Shown here piece by piece: positions 56,369 to 64,000 of a stretch of 64,000 nucleotides of DNA. The stretch comes from Myxococcota bacterium. Its GTDB lineage: Bacteria; Myxococcota_A; UBA796; CAJQPC01. The stretch's first letter is position 1; each line of letters opens with the position of its first letter. Made by a program: the position numbers and the translations under genes. The notes below the pieces were generated by a model. It saw only the letters and a list, made by a program, of their open reading frames with translations. It had not been told where the DNA came from and made no database searches. Location: positions 64,001 to 128,000 of the forward strand of contig JAZAMN010000052.1 of NCBI GenBank assembly GCA_036229005.1, read 5' to 3'.

Positions 56369-57025
56369 ACCGCTCCCCCGCATCAGCCGCCACAGCGCGC
56401 CGGACCCGCCCGCCTCCTCCAGCGCGATGAGCTGCGCGTTCAGGTCCACCAGCGCCAACTCCAGGTCGGTCTCCAGGTCCGGGTTGGGGGAGATCACGTG
56501 CAGCGTCTCCAGCTCCCCGGGAACGCGGGCGAGCTGGATCAGCATCAACAGCTCATCGCCATCGAGCACCTCGACCAAGGGCCAGTGCTCCATCAGCGCG
56601 TGGGCCAACTCCTCCAGGCGGTCGGCCGACAGAGCCAGCAGACCCAGGACCGGCTGCTCCCCCGGCAGTGCAGCCAGCAGCTCACACAGCTCCCGCGGCG
56701 CGCCCAGCTCCCGCAGCGCCCCCGGCGCCGGCAGCACCCGCCCCGACAGATCCACCCGCGCGTCGATCGGGACCACGCCGTCCCCGGCCACCGACGACCA
56801 GCCCTCGCCCAGCCAGGCCACCCGCACGGACGCCGCGCTCAGCCGCCAGTAGAGCCCCGTGTAGAGCGCCAGCCGGGGCGAGATCCCCGAGACCAGCCCC
56901 GCCGTCGTGAAGGCCCGGTCCGGCCCCGTCGAGCGGCCCATGCGCGCCGACGCCGTCCAGCACTGCAGGCCCGGCGTCCGCTCCACCGATGTCAGCTCCA
57001 AGGTGCGCAAGCGGCGACCTCCCAC
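56363..57025 (-). CDS. Hypothetical protein
   Basis: 220-aa ORF directly downstream of the phosphoesterase, convergent with the giant gene. Confidence 0.55.
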   Translation of the reverse strand: MGGRRLRTLELTSVERTPGLQCWTASARMGRSTGPDRAFTTAGLVSGISPRLALYTGLYWRLSAASVRVAWLGEGWSSVAGDGVVPIDARVDLSGRVLPAPGALRELGAPRELCELLAALPGEQPVLGLLALSADRLEELAHALMEHWPLVEVLDGDELLMLIQLARVPGELETLHVISPNPDLETDLELALVDLNAQLIALEEAGGSGALWRLMRGSGL

Positions 57026-57031
57026 CCCAGC

Positions 57032-57934
57032 CTAACTGCCCATCTCCGGGGGAGGAGGGGCCGATCCGTAGCGGTGCCAGATGGGCCCACCGCTCCCGCT
57101 CTCTGGCGCCGCGGGCCCCGGAAGGATCTGCCGCACATACGAGGACACACCGACCCCCTGGTGCCAGTGGCGGGGGTAGCCCAGCGCGACCTCTTCAAAG
57201 CGCACCCCATCCCGCCAGTCCGTCGCGCGCATGTGCAGGTGCCCGCTGACCACCACCTGGGCGCGGAAGCGGCGGTGCCACTGCTCGGTCAGCCGCGTCC
57301 CGCACCAGGGCGTGAAGCGCGCCACCCGCTGGGGGAGCCGCACCAGATCCCGCCGCAGCGGCCAGTGGCCCACCAGCAAGGTGCGGGCCTCCGGGGGCAG
57401 CTCGGCCTCCATGCGCCGCTCGGTGCTCTGGACCCGCGCCGCACACCAGCTCTGCAGGTCCGGGTAGGGGTCCGGGTGCCAGAGCCGCTCGTCCGTGCTG
57501 ACGATGTGCTCCTCCCAGGCCCACTTCCTGGCCTGATCGGGGTCCATCCCCTGGGGCCCCATGCTGTAGTCGATGCCCACAAACAGCGGCACCAGCCACA
57601 GCCCCGGGTGCCCCTCGATCGGCCGGTAGGGGCACTCCGGCGTGATCACACCGCGCGCCTGGCACAGCCGCACAAGGCGGTGGTAGCGGGCGCGGCCACG
57701 CAGCTTGGACTCGCAGCTCCGGTGGGTCCACAGCTCGTGGTTCCCGGGCACCCAGACCACCGCGCCGAAGCGCTCCTGGAACACATCCAGGCAGTAGCGG
57801 AGCTGCTCCAGCGTCTCGCCGATGTCCCCCACCAGCAGCACCATGTCCTGCGGATGGGAGGGCAGCTCCAGCAGCGCCTCGCGGTTGGCCTTGTAGCCGA
57901 TGTGGAGGTCCGAGATGGCCCAGATGCGCGTCAT
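57032..57934 (-). CDS. Calcineurin-like metallophosphoesterase (PptH/SimX4-like)
   Basis: ISDLH, GDIGE, WVPGNHELW, GHWPL, WCGT, GHLH, EEVALGYPR. Confidence 0.9.
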   Translation of the reverse strand: MTRIWAISDLHIGYKANREALLELPSHPQDMVLLVGDIGETLEQLRYCLDVFQERFGAVVWVPGNHELWTHRSCESKLRGRARYHRLVRLCQARGVITPECPYRPIEGHPGLWLVPLFVGIDYSMGPQGMDPDQARKWAWEEHIVSTDERLWHPDPYPDLQSWCAARVQSTERRMEAELPPEARTLLVGHWPLRRDLVRLPQRVARFTPWCGTRLTEQWHRRFRAQVVVSGHLHMRATDWRDGVRFEEVALGYPRHWHQGVGVSSYVRQILPGPAAPESGSGGPIWHRYGSAPPPPEMGS

Positions 57935-57987
57935 GGCGTCCCTCTAAGCCGTCGGCCCCCTGCGGCGCCTGCCGGAGCCCTCCAGGC

Positions 57988-58245
57988 CTACTTCACCTCG
58001 TTCACCGACGCGTCCATCTCCGCGTTGAAGTCGGTCCGCAGGGTGATCAGCGGCGTGAACCCGGGGCGCTCGTACTCATCGAGCATGATCAGCTCCGGGC
58101 CGGCCAGCACACCCTCCAGCTCCAGCGCGGTGAAGTCGATGTGGGTCTCGGCCTTGTAGGTCACCTGGGGCTCATCGTCCTGGGCCAGCGCAGGGCTGGC
58201 GACGGCGGCGGCGAGGAGGGAGAGGGCGAGCAGCTTGCGGGTCAT
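57988..58245 (-). CDS. cglF: CglF/GltF-like adventurous gliding motility protein
   Basis: Signal peptide; VTYKAETHIDF..LEGVL.GP..R..F.PLI.LR.DFN.EM..SV pattern. Confidence 0.65.
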   Translation of the reverse strand: MTRKLLALSLLAAAVASPALAQDDEPQVTYKAETHIDFTALELEGVLAGPELIMLDEYERPGFTPLITLRTDFNAEMDASVNEVK

Positions 58246-58351
58246 GGGTCACTCCGGTTTGCATCCACCTGACACCCGGGGCGCCGGGGCGGTTCCTGGA
58301 ATCTCCCATCGACGAGGTGCGAACAGCGGACCCTGGCGCTACGTCCACCCC

Positions 58352-59515
58352 ATGTCCACCCCCCGCCGCTGGTTGGCCCGCGTCGCGCTCACCGCGCTCA
58401 GCACCGCGTTGGCTCTGGGCGCCGTCGAGGTCATCGCCCGCCAGCTCGCGCCCCCAGACAGCTTCCGGCTGCAGGAGGCGGAGCAGCGCGACGCGGAGTG
58501 CCTGAGCCCCATGGACGGCCCGGGCTACGCGTGGAAGCCAGGCGCCTGCGGCGCCAACGAGCAGGGCTTCCTGGGACCCGCCGTGGAGACCTCGCCGGCG
58601 GACGGCACGCTGCGCATTGTGCTGCTGGGGGACTCCATCTCAGGAGATGGGCGCTATGGCCGGTGGACCGCAGAGCTCCTCTCCCAAGCCCTGGGCCGCC
58701 CGGTCGAGGTGCTGAACTTTGGGGTCTTTGGCTACAACCCCGACAACGAGCTCGGCATGTGGGAGGCGCTGGCCAGCCGATACAACCCCCACCTGGTGGT
58801 GCATCAGTTCTGCGTGAACGACTACCAGCACACGCCGGTGTTCTACCGCCAGGGCGGCCGGCTGATGTCCGCGGACAACAAGAACGGGCAGCTCCAAGGG
58901 GTGCCCATCGCGCTGTATCAACGCTCGGCCCTGGTGCGCTGGGCCGTGGGGGTGCGGGCGGTGCGACAGAACCGGGTGTCCGTGGCCCCCTTCGACGAGC
59001 GCGCGCAGGGGGTGACCGTGGCCATGACGGCGCTGGACACCAAACTGCGACAGGCCGGAGTCCCCTGGGTGAGCCTGCGCTTCCCCTACCTGGCCGAGCG
59101 CGACGACTGGCGGCCCGAAGACCTGCAGGCCGAGACACATTTTGGTGCACTGCTGGCGGAGCTGGGTGTCCCAGACATCGATCTGGGCCCCCGCTACGCG
59201 GCCTTCGGCCCCGACCGCCTGCTTCAGGACAGCGCGCCAGCGGAGCTTGAGGCCCTGCAGTCCCAGGGCACGCTGGAGGGCCTCAGCCCCCAGGAGGCCG
59301 CCGAGGTTCTTGTATCAGCAAAGCACTACTTCCCGCCCATCGCGCCAAACGGTCAGGTGGATCGCATCCACCCCAACGGCTTCGGCCACTACCTCGCGGC
59401 GCGGGCGCTGACGGACTGGCTGGCCCCCCGCGTGGACACCCTGGCGCCAGGGCTCGCCCCCTACGTGGCCCCCGAAAAGAGCGCGCCCAGAACCCGGACC
59501 CCCGCCTCCCGCTGA
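58352..59515 (+). CDS. SGNH/GDSL hydrolase, membrane anchored
   Basis: LGDS, NFGVFGY, FCVND, DRIHPN..GH. Confidence 0.88.
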   Translation: MSTPRRWLARVALTALSTALALGAVEVIARQLAPPDSFRLQEAEQRDAECLSPMDGPGYAWKPGACGANEQGFLGPAVETSPADGTLRIVLLGDSISGDGRYGRWTAELLSQALGRPVEVLNFGVFGYNPDNELGMWEALASRYNPHLVVHQFCVNDYQHTPVFYRQGGRLMSADNKNGQLQGVPIALYQRSALVRWAVGVRAVRQNRVSVAPFDERAQGVTVAMTALDTKLRQAGVPWVSLRFPYLAERDDWRPEDLQAETHFGALLAELGVPDIDLGPRYAAFGPDRLLQDSAPAELEALQSQGTLEGLSPQEAAEVLVSAKHYFPPIAPNGQVDRIHPNGFGHYLAARALTDWLAPRVDTLAPGLAPYVAPEKSAPRTRTPASR

Positions 59516-59545
59516 AGCACCTTTGGGGGCTGCTTTGCGGGGTGC

Positions 59546-60409
59546 TCAGGGACTGGACTTGGGCGGACCCAGCTCCGTCAGCAGCGCCATCAGGTGGTGC
59601 GCCACCGAGTCTGGGACCTCGGCCACGGGGGTGTGTCCCCAGCCCTCCGGTCGCATCTTCACGGCCTGCGGGGGGAGGTGCTCTTGGTAGAAGGCCAGGT
59701 GTTGGTCCAACAAGATGCGCTCTTCTGTGCCCCAAGCAAAATGTATCGGCATGTGCAGCGAGGACAGGTCAGCCGGCGACAGCATGTCCCGCGGGCCCAG
59801 GCTCTCGACGAGCTGGATCACCGGCTCCACGTCGAACTGGCTGCGGGCCCCCCAGGCGTAGAGCATCCGGGCCTTGGGCGGCTGGGCAAAGCCCATCTCC
59901 ACCAGCTTGATGGCGTCGCGGTAGCCCAGCACGCGGAAGCGGTCTACAAAACCCTTTGCCTGTACCGCGGACATGGGGGCCCCGGCGGGTGAGCTCAGGA
60001 AGAGGCCCCGGACGCGCTCGGGGTGGGCGCAGGCGTAGCGGATGGCCAGGTAGCCACCCAGGGAGTTGCCGAACACCACAGCGGGCTCGGGGACGAGCTG
60101 CTCCATGGCCTGCTGCATGCAGCGGACCACGCGCTGGCCGTTCATCCCCAGGGCGGGGATCTCACTGCGACCGTGCCCGAGCATCTCGGGGAGCACGATG
60201 CGGCTGACGTGGGGCAGCACCCGCTCCACCAGCGGTCGGAAGCCCGTGGCGCTGCCAGACAGCCCATGAAAGAGCACCAGCGTGCCCAGCGCGCCGCCGC
60301 CGTCGCCCACCAGCGCGTGGACCTGGCCGTGATCGGTGGGCAGCATGCGGGACTCCAGCCCCAGCCCCCGGAGGAACTGGAGGTTGACCCAGTCGACGAC
60401 CGTCTTCAC
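59546..60409 (-). CDS. Alpha/beta fold hydrolase
   Basis: LFHGL, GHGRS, GNSLGG, WG, GHTP. Confidence 0.9.
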   Translation of the reverse strand: MKTVVDWVNLQFLRGLGLESRMLPTDHGQVHALVGDGGGALGTLVLFHGLSGSATGFRPLVERVLPHVSRIVLPEMLGHGRSEIPALGMNGQRVVRCMQQAMEQLVPEPAVVFGNSLGGYLAIRYACAHPERVRGLFLSSPAGAPMSAVQAKGFVDRFRVLGYRDAIKLVEMGFAQPPKARMLYAWGARSQFDVEPVIQLVESLGPRDMLSPADLSSLHMPIHFAWGTEERILLDQHLAFYQEHLPPQAVKMRPEGWGHTPVAEVPDSVAHHLMALLTELGPPKSSP

Positions 60410-60864
60410 CCCTCTCCCGCCTCCGCTCTACCGCCATCCCCCTGGGCATCCAGCCGCGAGCGCTGCTCCCGGACCCGGTCCAGGAAGATGACGTTTCCAT
60501 CCCGCACGGGGTCGGGTGTGACCAGGCCCATGCGGTGCAGCCCCGCGCACATCAGGCTCTTGAGGACGCGCAGGCTGCTCACCAGGACGAGCACCGCGAT
60601 CAGGGCGGGCAGCTTCCAGTCCAGGCCCTCCACGTTCAGGGTCTGGTAGCGGTAGAGCAGCGTGGCCACCGCGGCGCCCAGGCCCAGGAACACGCTGCCC
60701 CCGAACGCGATGACAAAGCTGCCCTCCATGCGGTCGTGGCGGACGCCGCAGGCCGGGCAGACCTCCTTGACCCCGACCACGCCCTGGAACAGCGCCCCCT
60801 CTCCGCACGCGGGGCAGAGTCCGCGCAGGGCGCGGCCCACGCTCTGGAGGGTCTGTACAGGCAT
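60406..60864 (-). CDS. DUF983 family zinc-ribbon membrane protein
   Basis: GLCPACGEGALF..CPACG followed by two TM helices. Confidence 0.82.
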   Translation of the reverse strand: MPVQTLQSVGRALRGLCPACGEGALFQGVVGVKEVCPACGVRHDRMEGSFVIAFGGSVFLGLGAAVATLLYRYQTLNVEGLDWKLPALIAVLVLVSSLRVLKSLMCAGLHRMGLVTPDPVRDGNVIFLDRVREQRSRLDAQGDGGRAEAGEG

Positions 60865-60941
60865 CGGTGCTCCGATGGGGGGTGCCGGTACATAGAGTAG
60901 GCAAACGCGCCCGGGTTTGCACGAATTGTGGGCGCGCCGCG

Positions 60942-61532
60942 TCAGTCCAGCGCCGGGGGATCCTCCGGGTCATCGGGGATCACCGGGTTCTCGGCGGCGT
61001 GGGTCTTGAAGCGCCGCGTGCGCACGGCCTTGAAGATCAGCGCGGCCGCCCCCAGCCCCGCCGTGATCGCGATGGCCGCGGCGGGATTCTCCTTGGCCAG
61101 CGCCAGCAGCCCCGCGCCGGTCCAGCAGAACACGAACGCGCCAGGCAACAGCCCCACGGCGGTGGTCGCGAAGAAGCGCCGGAAGGGCACGTGCGTCAGC
61201 CCGCAGCCCCAGTTGATGGCCGTGAAGGGGATGACCGGGATCAGCCGCATGAGCGTCAGGGGGCCGGGGCCGCGAGCCTTGTGGGAGAAGGCGTCCAGCG
61301 ACTCCATCCAGCTCTTGGGCAGGAAGCGCTCCAGGGCGTTGCGCCCCAGACGACGGGCCAGCCAATAGGAGATGCTCGCCCCCGTGAGCGCCGCCGACCA
61401 CGCCATCAGCGGCCCCTTCCACGGGCCGTAGGTCGCCCCGATCGCCGCCGCCATGGTCTCGGCGGGCAGAGGCAGCAGCGCCACCCCCACCATGCCCAGC
61501 CAGAGCAGCACCGCGCGCAGGGCAGGAGACAT
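60942..61532 (-). CDS. TVP38/TMEM64 (DedA/VTT) family membrane protein
   Basis: PLPAE..GATYG..GASISYWLAR; MRLIPVIPFTAIN..G. Confidence 0.9.
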   Translation of the reverse strand: MSPALRAVLLWLGMVGVALLPLPAETMAAAIGATYGPWKGPLMAWSAALTGASISYWLARRLGRNALERFLPKSWMESLDAFSHKARGPGPLTLMRLIPVIPFTAINWGCGLTHVPFRRFFATTAVGLLPGAFVFCWTGAGLLALAKENPAAAIAITAGLGAAALIFKAVRTRRFKTHAAENPVIPDDPEDPPALD

Positions 61533-62563
61533 CAGTCGCCCGCCTCGCTGGCTCTCGGGACCCGCACCCACTGCCGGGTGTGGATCTCCAGGGTCTGGAT
61601 GTCGTCGACCACCTCGCCCTGGTGGATGCGGGCGTTGACCTCGGAGATCAGCGCCTCGCTGTAGGGCAGCCCCGAGTCGCTGAGGATGAGGAGGGAGCGC
61701 GTGGTGCGCGCGGAGGCCTGGCTCACCACCGGGAGCTCGGTCTGCCCCCGCACCGCCGCCTGGGACTGCACGGTGTCGGCGAGGGCCTGCTTGAAGCCCT
61801 CGGGGTCCTGCTCGGTGGCTATGGCGACGGCGATGCAGGGCGCTCCCCCACAGTCGCGCTCCCCCAGCACCCGGATCTTGGCGACGCTGGGCATGGGCTC
61901 AGCCCGGGTGGGCAGCACCGTCTCAAAGGCCTGGGTCTGCTCCTGGCCGACCACGTAGTCGCGCCCCAGCACCAGCCCCATGCCCCCCGCCCAGCGGTTC
62001 CGGGCGACCACCCCCTGGACGGCCAGCTCCAGCGCCGGGCCCATCGTCGCGCCCACCTGCTGCGCCAGCTCGGGCCCCTGCTGCGCCTGCAGCTCCTGGA
62101 GCACCACCTGGGCCGCCACCTCGAGCTGCGCCCGCGCGGACTCCGGCTCGTAGGTCCCCAGGTAGTTCCCTCCGCCATCCACCACCCAGGACACCGGGTT
62201 GGCCAGCAGCACGGCGCCCAGACCGAAGCGGTCACCGCGGGCCTCGATGACCTCGCCGGGGGTCGGATCCAGCAGGGTGCGATCGCCCTCCAGGGCCGAG
62301 AGTTGCACCGTGTAGCTGGCGGCCAGGCTCAGCTCCTGCGCATCCTGTCCTCCCGAGCGGTGGCTGCGCTCCAGGCGCTCTTCGATCACAAAGGTCCCCT
62401 GCTGGGGCCAGGAGAAGGGGATGTGGATCGGCTCCCCCTCACCGACCAGCTCACCCATCGGGGCTTGCAGGGGCGGCAACACGGGCAGAGGCTGGAGCCC
62501 CGCCGGCGAGGTCATCTCAGCGGCAGGCTCCTTGGCGGCGCAGGCGAGCAGGAGGGTCAGCAT
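61532..62563 (-). CDS. Hypothetical lipoprotein
   Basis: MLTLLLAC; TGATG overlap with the downstream gene. Confidence 0.65.
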   Translation of the reverse strand: MLTLLLACAAKEPAAEMTSPAGLQPLPVLPPLQAPMGELVGEGEPIHIPFSWPQQGTFVIEERLERSHRSGGQDAQELSLAASYTVQLSALEGDRTLLDPTPGEVIEARGDRFGLGAVLLANPVSWVVDGGGNYLGTYEPESARAQLEVAAQVVLQELQAQQGPELAQQVGATMGPALELAVQGVVARNRWAGGMGLVLGRDYVVGQEQTQAFETVLPTRAEPMPSVAKIRVLGERDCGGAPCIAVAIATEQDPEGFKQALADTVQSQAAVRGQTELPVVSQASARTTRSLLILSDSGLPYSEALISEVNARIHQGEVVDDIQTLEIHTRQWVRVPRASEAGD

Positions 62564-62691
62564 GGGCCCCTGGTATCGGATGAAAGGCTGGCGCAACAGG
62601 ATCCACACAGAGTCGCCTCGATCCTTGTGTGAGCATGTACTTGGGCGCGGCGGCCCTTCATCCGATCCCTGGCGCAGGAGTTGCACACACC

Positions 62692-63306
62692 ATGATCTGG
62701 CTCTTGCTCGGTATCCAAGGCTCGGACGTCAAGAACGCGGCCACCGCGTGGGTCACGCACCACAACGCCGCCATCGGACACCTGGAACAGGGGGAGCCCC
62801 AAGCTGCCCTCCAGGAGGCCCGCACCGCCGTGGCGATGGCCCCCGACACCCGCCAGAAGTCCGCGCTGGAGATCTGGGCCATCTCGGCCTCCGCCGCCGG
62901 CGCGATCGAAGACGAGTGCAACGCTCTGGACCGGCTCTCCACCTACGACAAGGTCAAGTGGGAGCTGTACTGGAACGGCGCGCTGGACGCGCAGGCCAAC
63001 CAGATGTGGGCCAGCGCCTACCGCTTCGCCGTGATCGCCTGGGAGCGCAGCGAAGACAAGGAGGCCACCGCGCCGCTGGCCTTCTCCACCGCCATGCAGG
63101 TGGGCCAGTGGGACATGGCGCTCGCCACGATCCAGGACTTCGAGAACCCCCTGGCCGAGAAGGACCTGACCCTGGCGCTGGCGGACGCCGGCCAGTGTGA
63201 GGCCGCCTGGGCGAGACAGGCCGACATCGCCTGCACCCCCGCCCCTCCGCCGCTGCCCCCCGTGGTGTACGTGGAGCCGGAGCAGGGCAAGCGCCGCCGC
63301 CGCTGA
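62692..63306 (+). CDS. Hypothetical secreted TPR-like protein
   Basis: Short hydrophobic N-terminus, Ala-rich helical repeats, Pro-rich/basic tail. Confidence 0.6.
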   Translation: MIWLLLGIQGSDVKNAATAWVTHHNAAIGHLEQGEPQAALQEARTAVAMAPDTRQKSALEIWAISASAAGAIEDECNALDRLSTYDKVKWELYWNGALDAQANQMWASAYRFAVIAWERSEDKEATAPLAFSTAMQVGQWDMALATIQDFENPLAEKDLTLALADAGQCEAAWARQADIACTPAPPPLPPVVYVEPEQGKRRRR

Positions 63307-63360
63307 GGCCTCCGCCGGCAAGAAGGCAAGGCCCCGGGTTGCCGGGCGCTTCGCCGGAAG

Positions 63361-63385
63361 GTAAGTGAAAGTGACTATCACTTAC
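63361..63385. promoter_or_regulatory. 12-1-12 palindromic operator, Fur-box-like
   Basis: GTAAGTGAAAGT-G-ACTATCACTTAC (one mismatch), AT-rich island upstream of the methyltransferase. Confidence 0.7.
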
Positions 63386-63453
63386 AAGATAAGCGCTCAT
63401 GCAGCTCCGCCTCTCTGGGCGGCAGCGAAAGCAGAGGCGCCGGGAGGTGAGAG

Positions 63454-64000
63454 ATGTCCAAGGTCCAAGTCGCGCTCGGTCCCGTCCAGGAGACCCTGAT
63501 GATTCCCCTGCTGGGTCGGGCCGAAGAGAGCCTCAAGCCCGGCGGGCTCATCCAGGACGACAAGGCCGTGGAGATGGTCGCCAAGCTGGACTACGACTTC
63601 TCCAAGTGGCGGGGGATCCGCTCGCTGGCCGGCGCCTGTGTGCGCGCGCGCATGGTGGACGAAGAGGTCCTGGCCTTCCTGGAGCGCCACCCCGCCGGCA
63701 GCGTGGTGGAGATCGGCGCGGGCCTGAACACCCGCTTTGAGCGCCTGGACAACGGCACGGCCCGCTGGCTGGAGATCGACCTTCCCGACACCATGGCCCT
63801 GCGGCGACGCTTCTTCCAGGACACCGAGCGACGCACCCTGCTCGCGGCCAGCGCCGTGGAGACCGACTGGCTGGAGCAGGTCGACGCGCTCCCCAAGCCG
63901 GTATGCTTTGTCTCCGAGGCGGTCATCATCTACATCGACGGCCCCAAGGTCGAAGCGCTGCTGGAGCGCCTGGCCGCCCGCTACCCCGGCGGCTGGCTGA
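63454..64000 (+). CDS. Class I SAM-dependent O-methyltransferase (TcmP/LCM-like), 3' truncated by window
   Basis: GGAGG RBS; VQETLMIPLLGRA, LDYDFSK, VEIGAGLNTRFERLDNG, IDLPD; absent from the ORF track because no stop lies in the window. Confidence 0.9.
   Translation, partial: MSKVQVALGPVQETLMIPLLGRAEESLKPGGLIQDDKAVEMVAKLDYDFSKWRGIRSLAGACVRARMVDEEVLAFLERHPAGSVVEIGAGLNTRFERLDNGTARWLEIDLPDTMALRRRFFQDTERRTLLAASAVETDWLEQVDALPKPVCFVSEAVIIYIDGPKVEALLERLAARYPGGWL

Noticed and set aside
59516..59546. AGCACC...GGTGCT inverted repeat between convergent genes
   Set aside because: Only a 6-bp perfect stem with a long loop and no U-tract; insufficient for a terminator call
1..64000. tRNA, rRNA or riboswitch genes
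   Set aside because: Intergenic spaces are short and I recognised no such structure; a covariance-model scan would be needed to exclude small ncRNAs

Overview
High-GC bacterial chromosomal window, most likely Myxococcota (a CglF/GltF-like gene, many lipoproteins, STK-STAND-HK and DUF1501 loci; the taxonomy is inference). It is densely coding, with about 57 genes. I saw no rRNA, tRNA, CRISPR array, integrase or transposase. Recognisable genes include a CzcCBA-type heavy-metal RND pump with a divergent membrane LuxR, a KirBac K+ channel, slyX, a UDP-sugar epimerase, two RlaP-like nucleotidyltransferases, three histidine kinases, sulfatase/DUF362/prenyltransferase-repeat genes and several hydrolases. 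The most striking element is a ~12 kb + strand unit (44369-56368). It holds a degenerate STK-STAND-GAF-PAS-histidine kinase, then a compact HtpG/Hsp90-like ATPase coupled to a 1762-aa protein. That protein has a catalytically dead GHKL domain and seven ~215-aa tandem repeats resembling the Hsp90 middle domain. Other notable signals: a stand-alone AEP primase-polymerase coupled to a Cas4-like/DEDD DUF2779 nuclease; 13 lipoproteins with very short signal peptides lacking Lys/Arg; several apparently leaderless genes; and a Fur-box-like 12-1-12 palindrome. All family calls come from motif recognition by eye; no searches were run.
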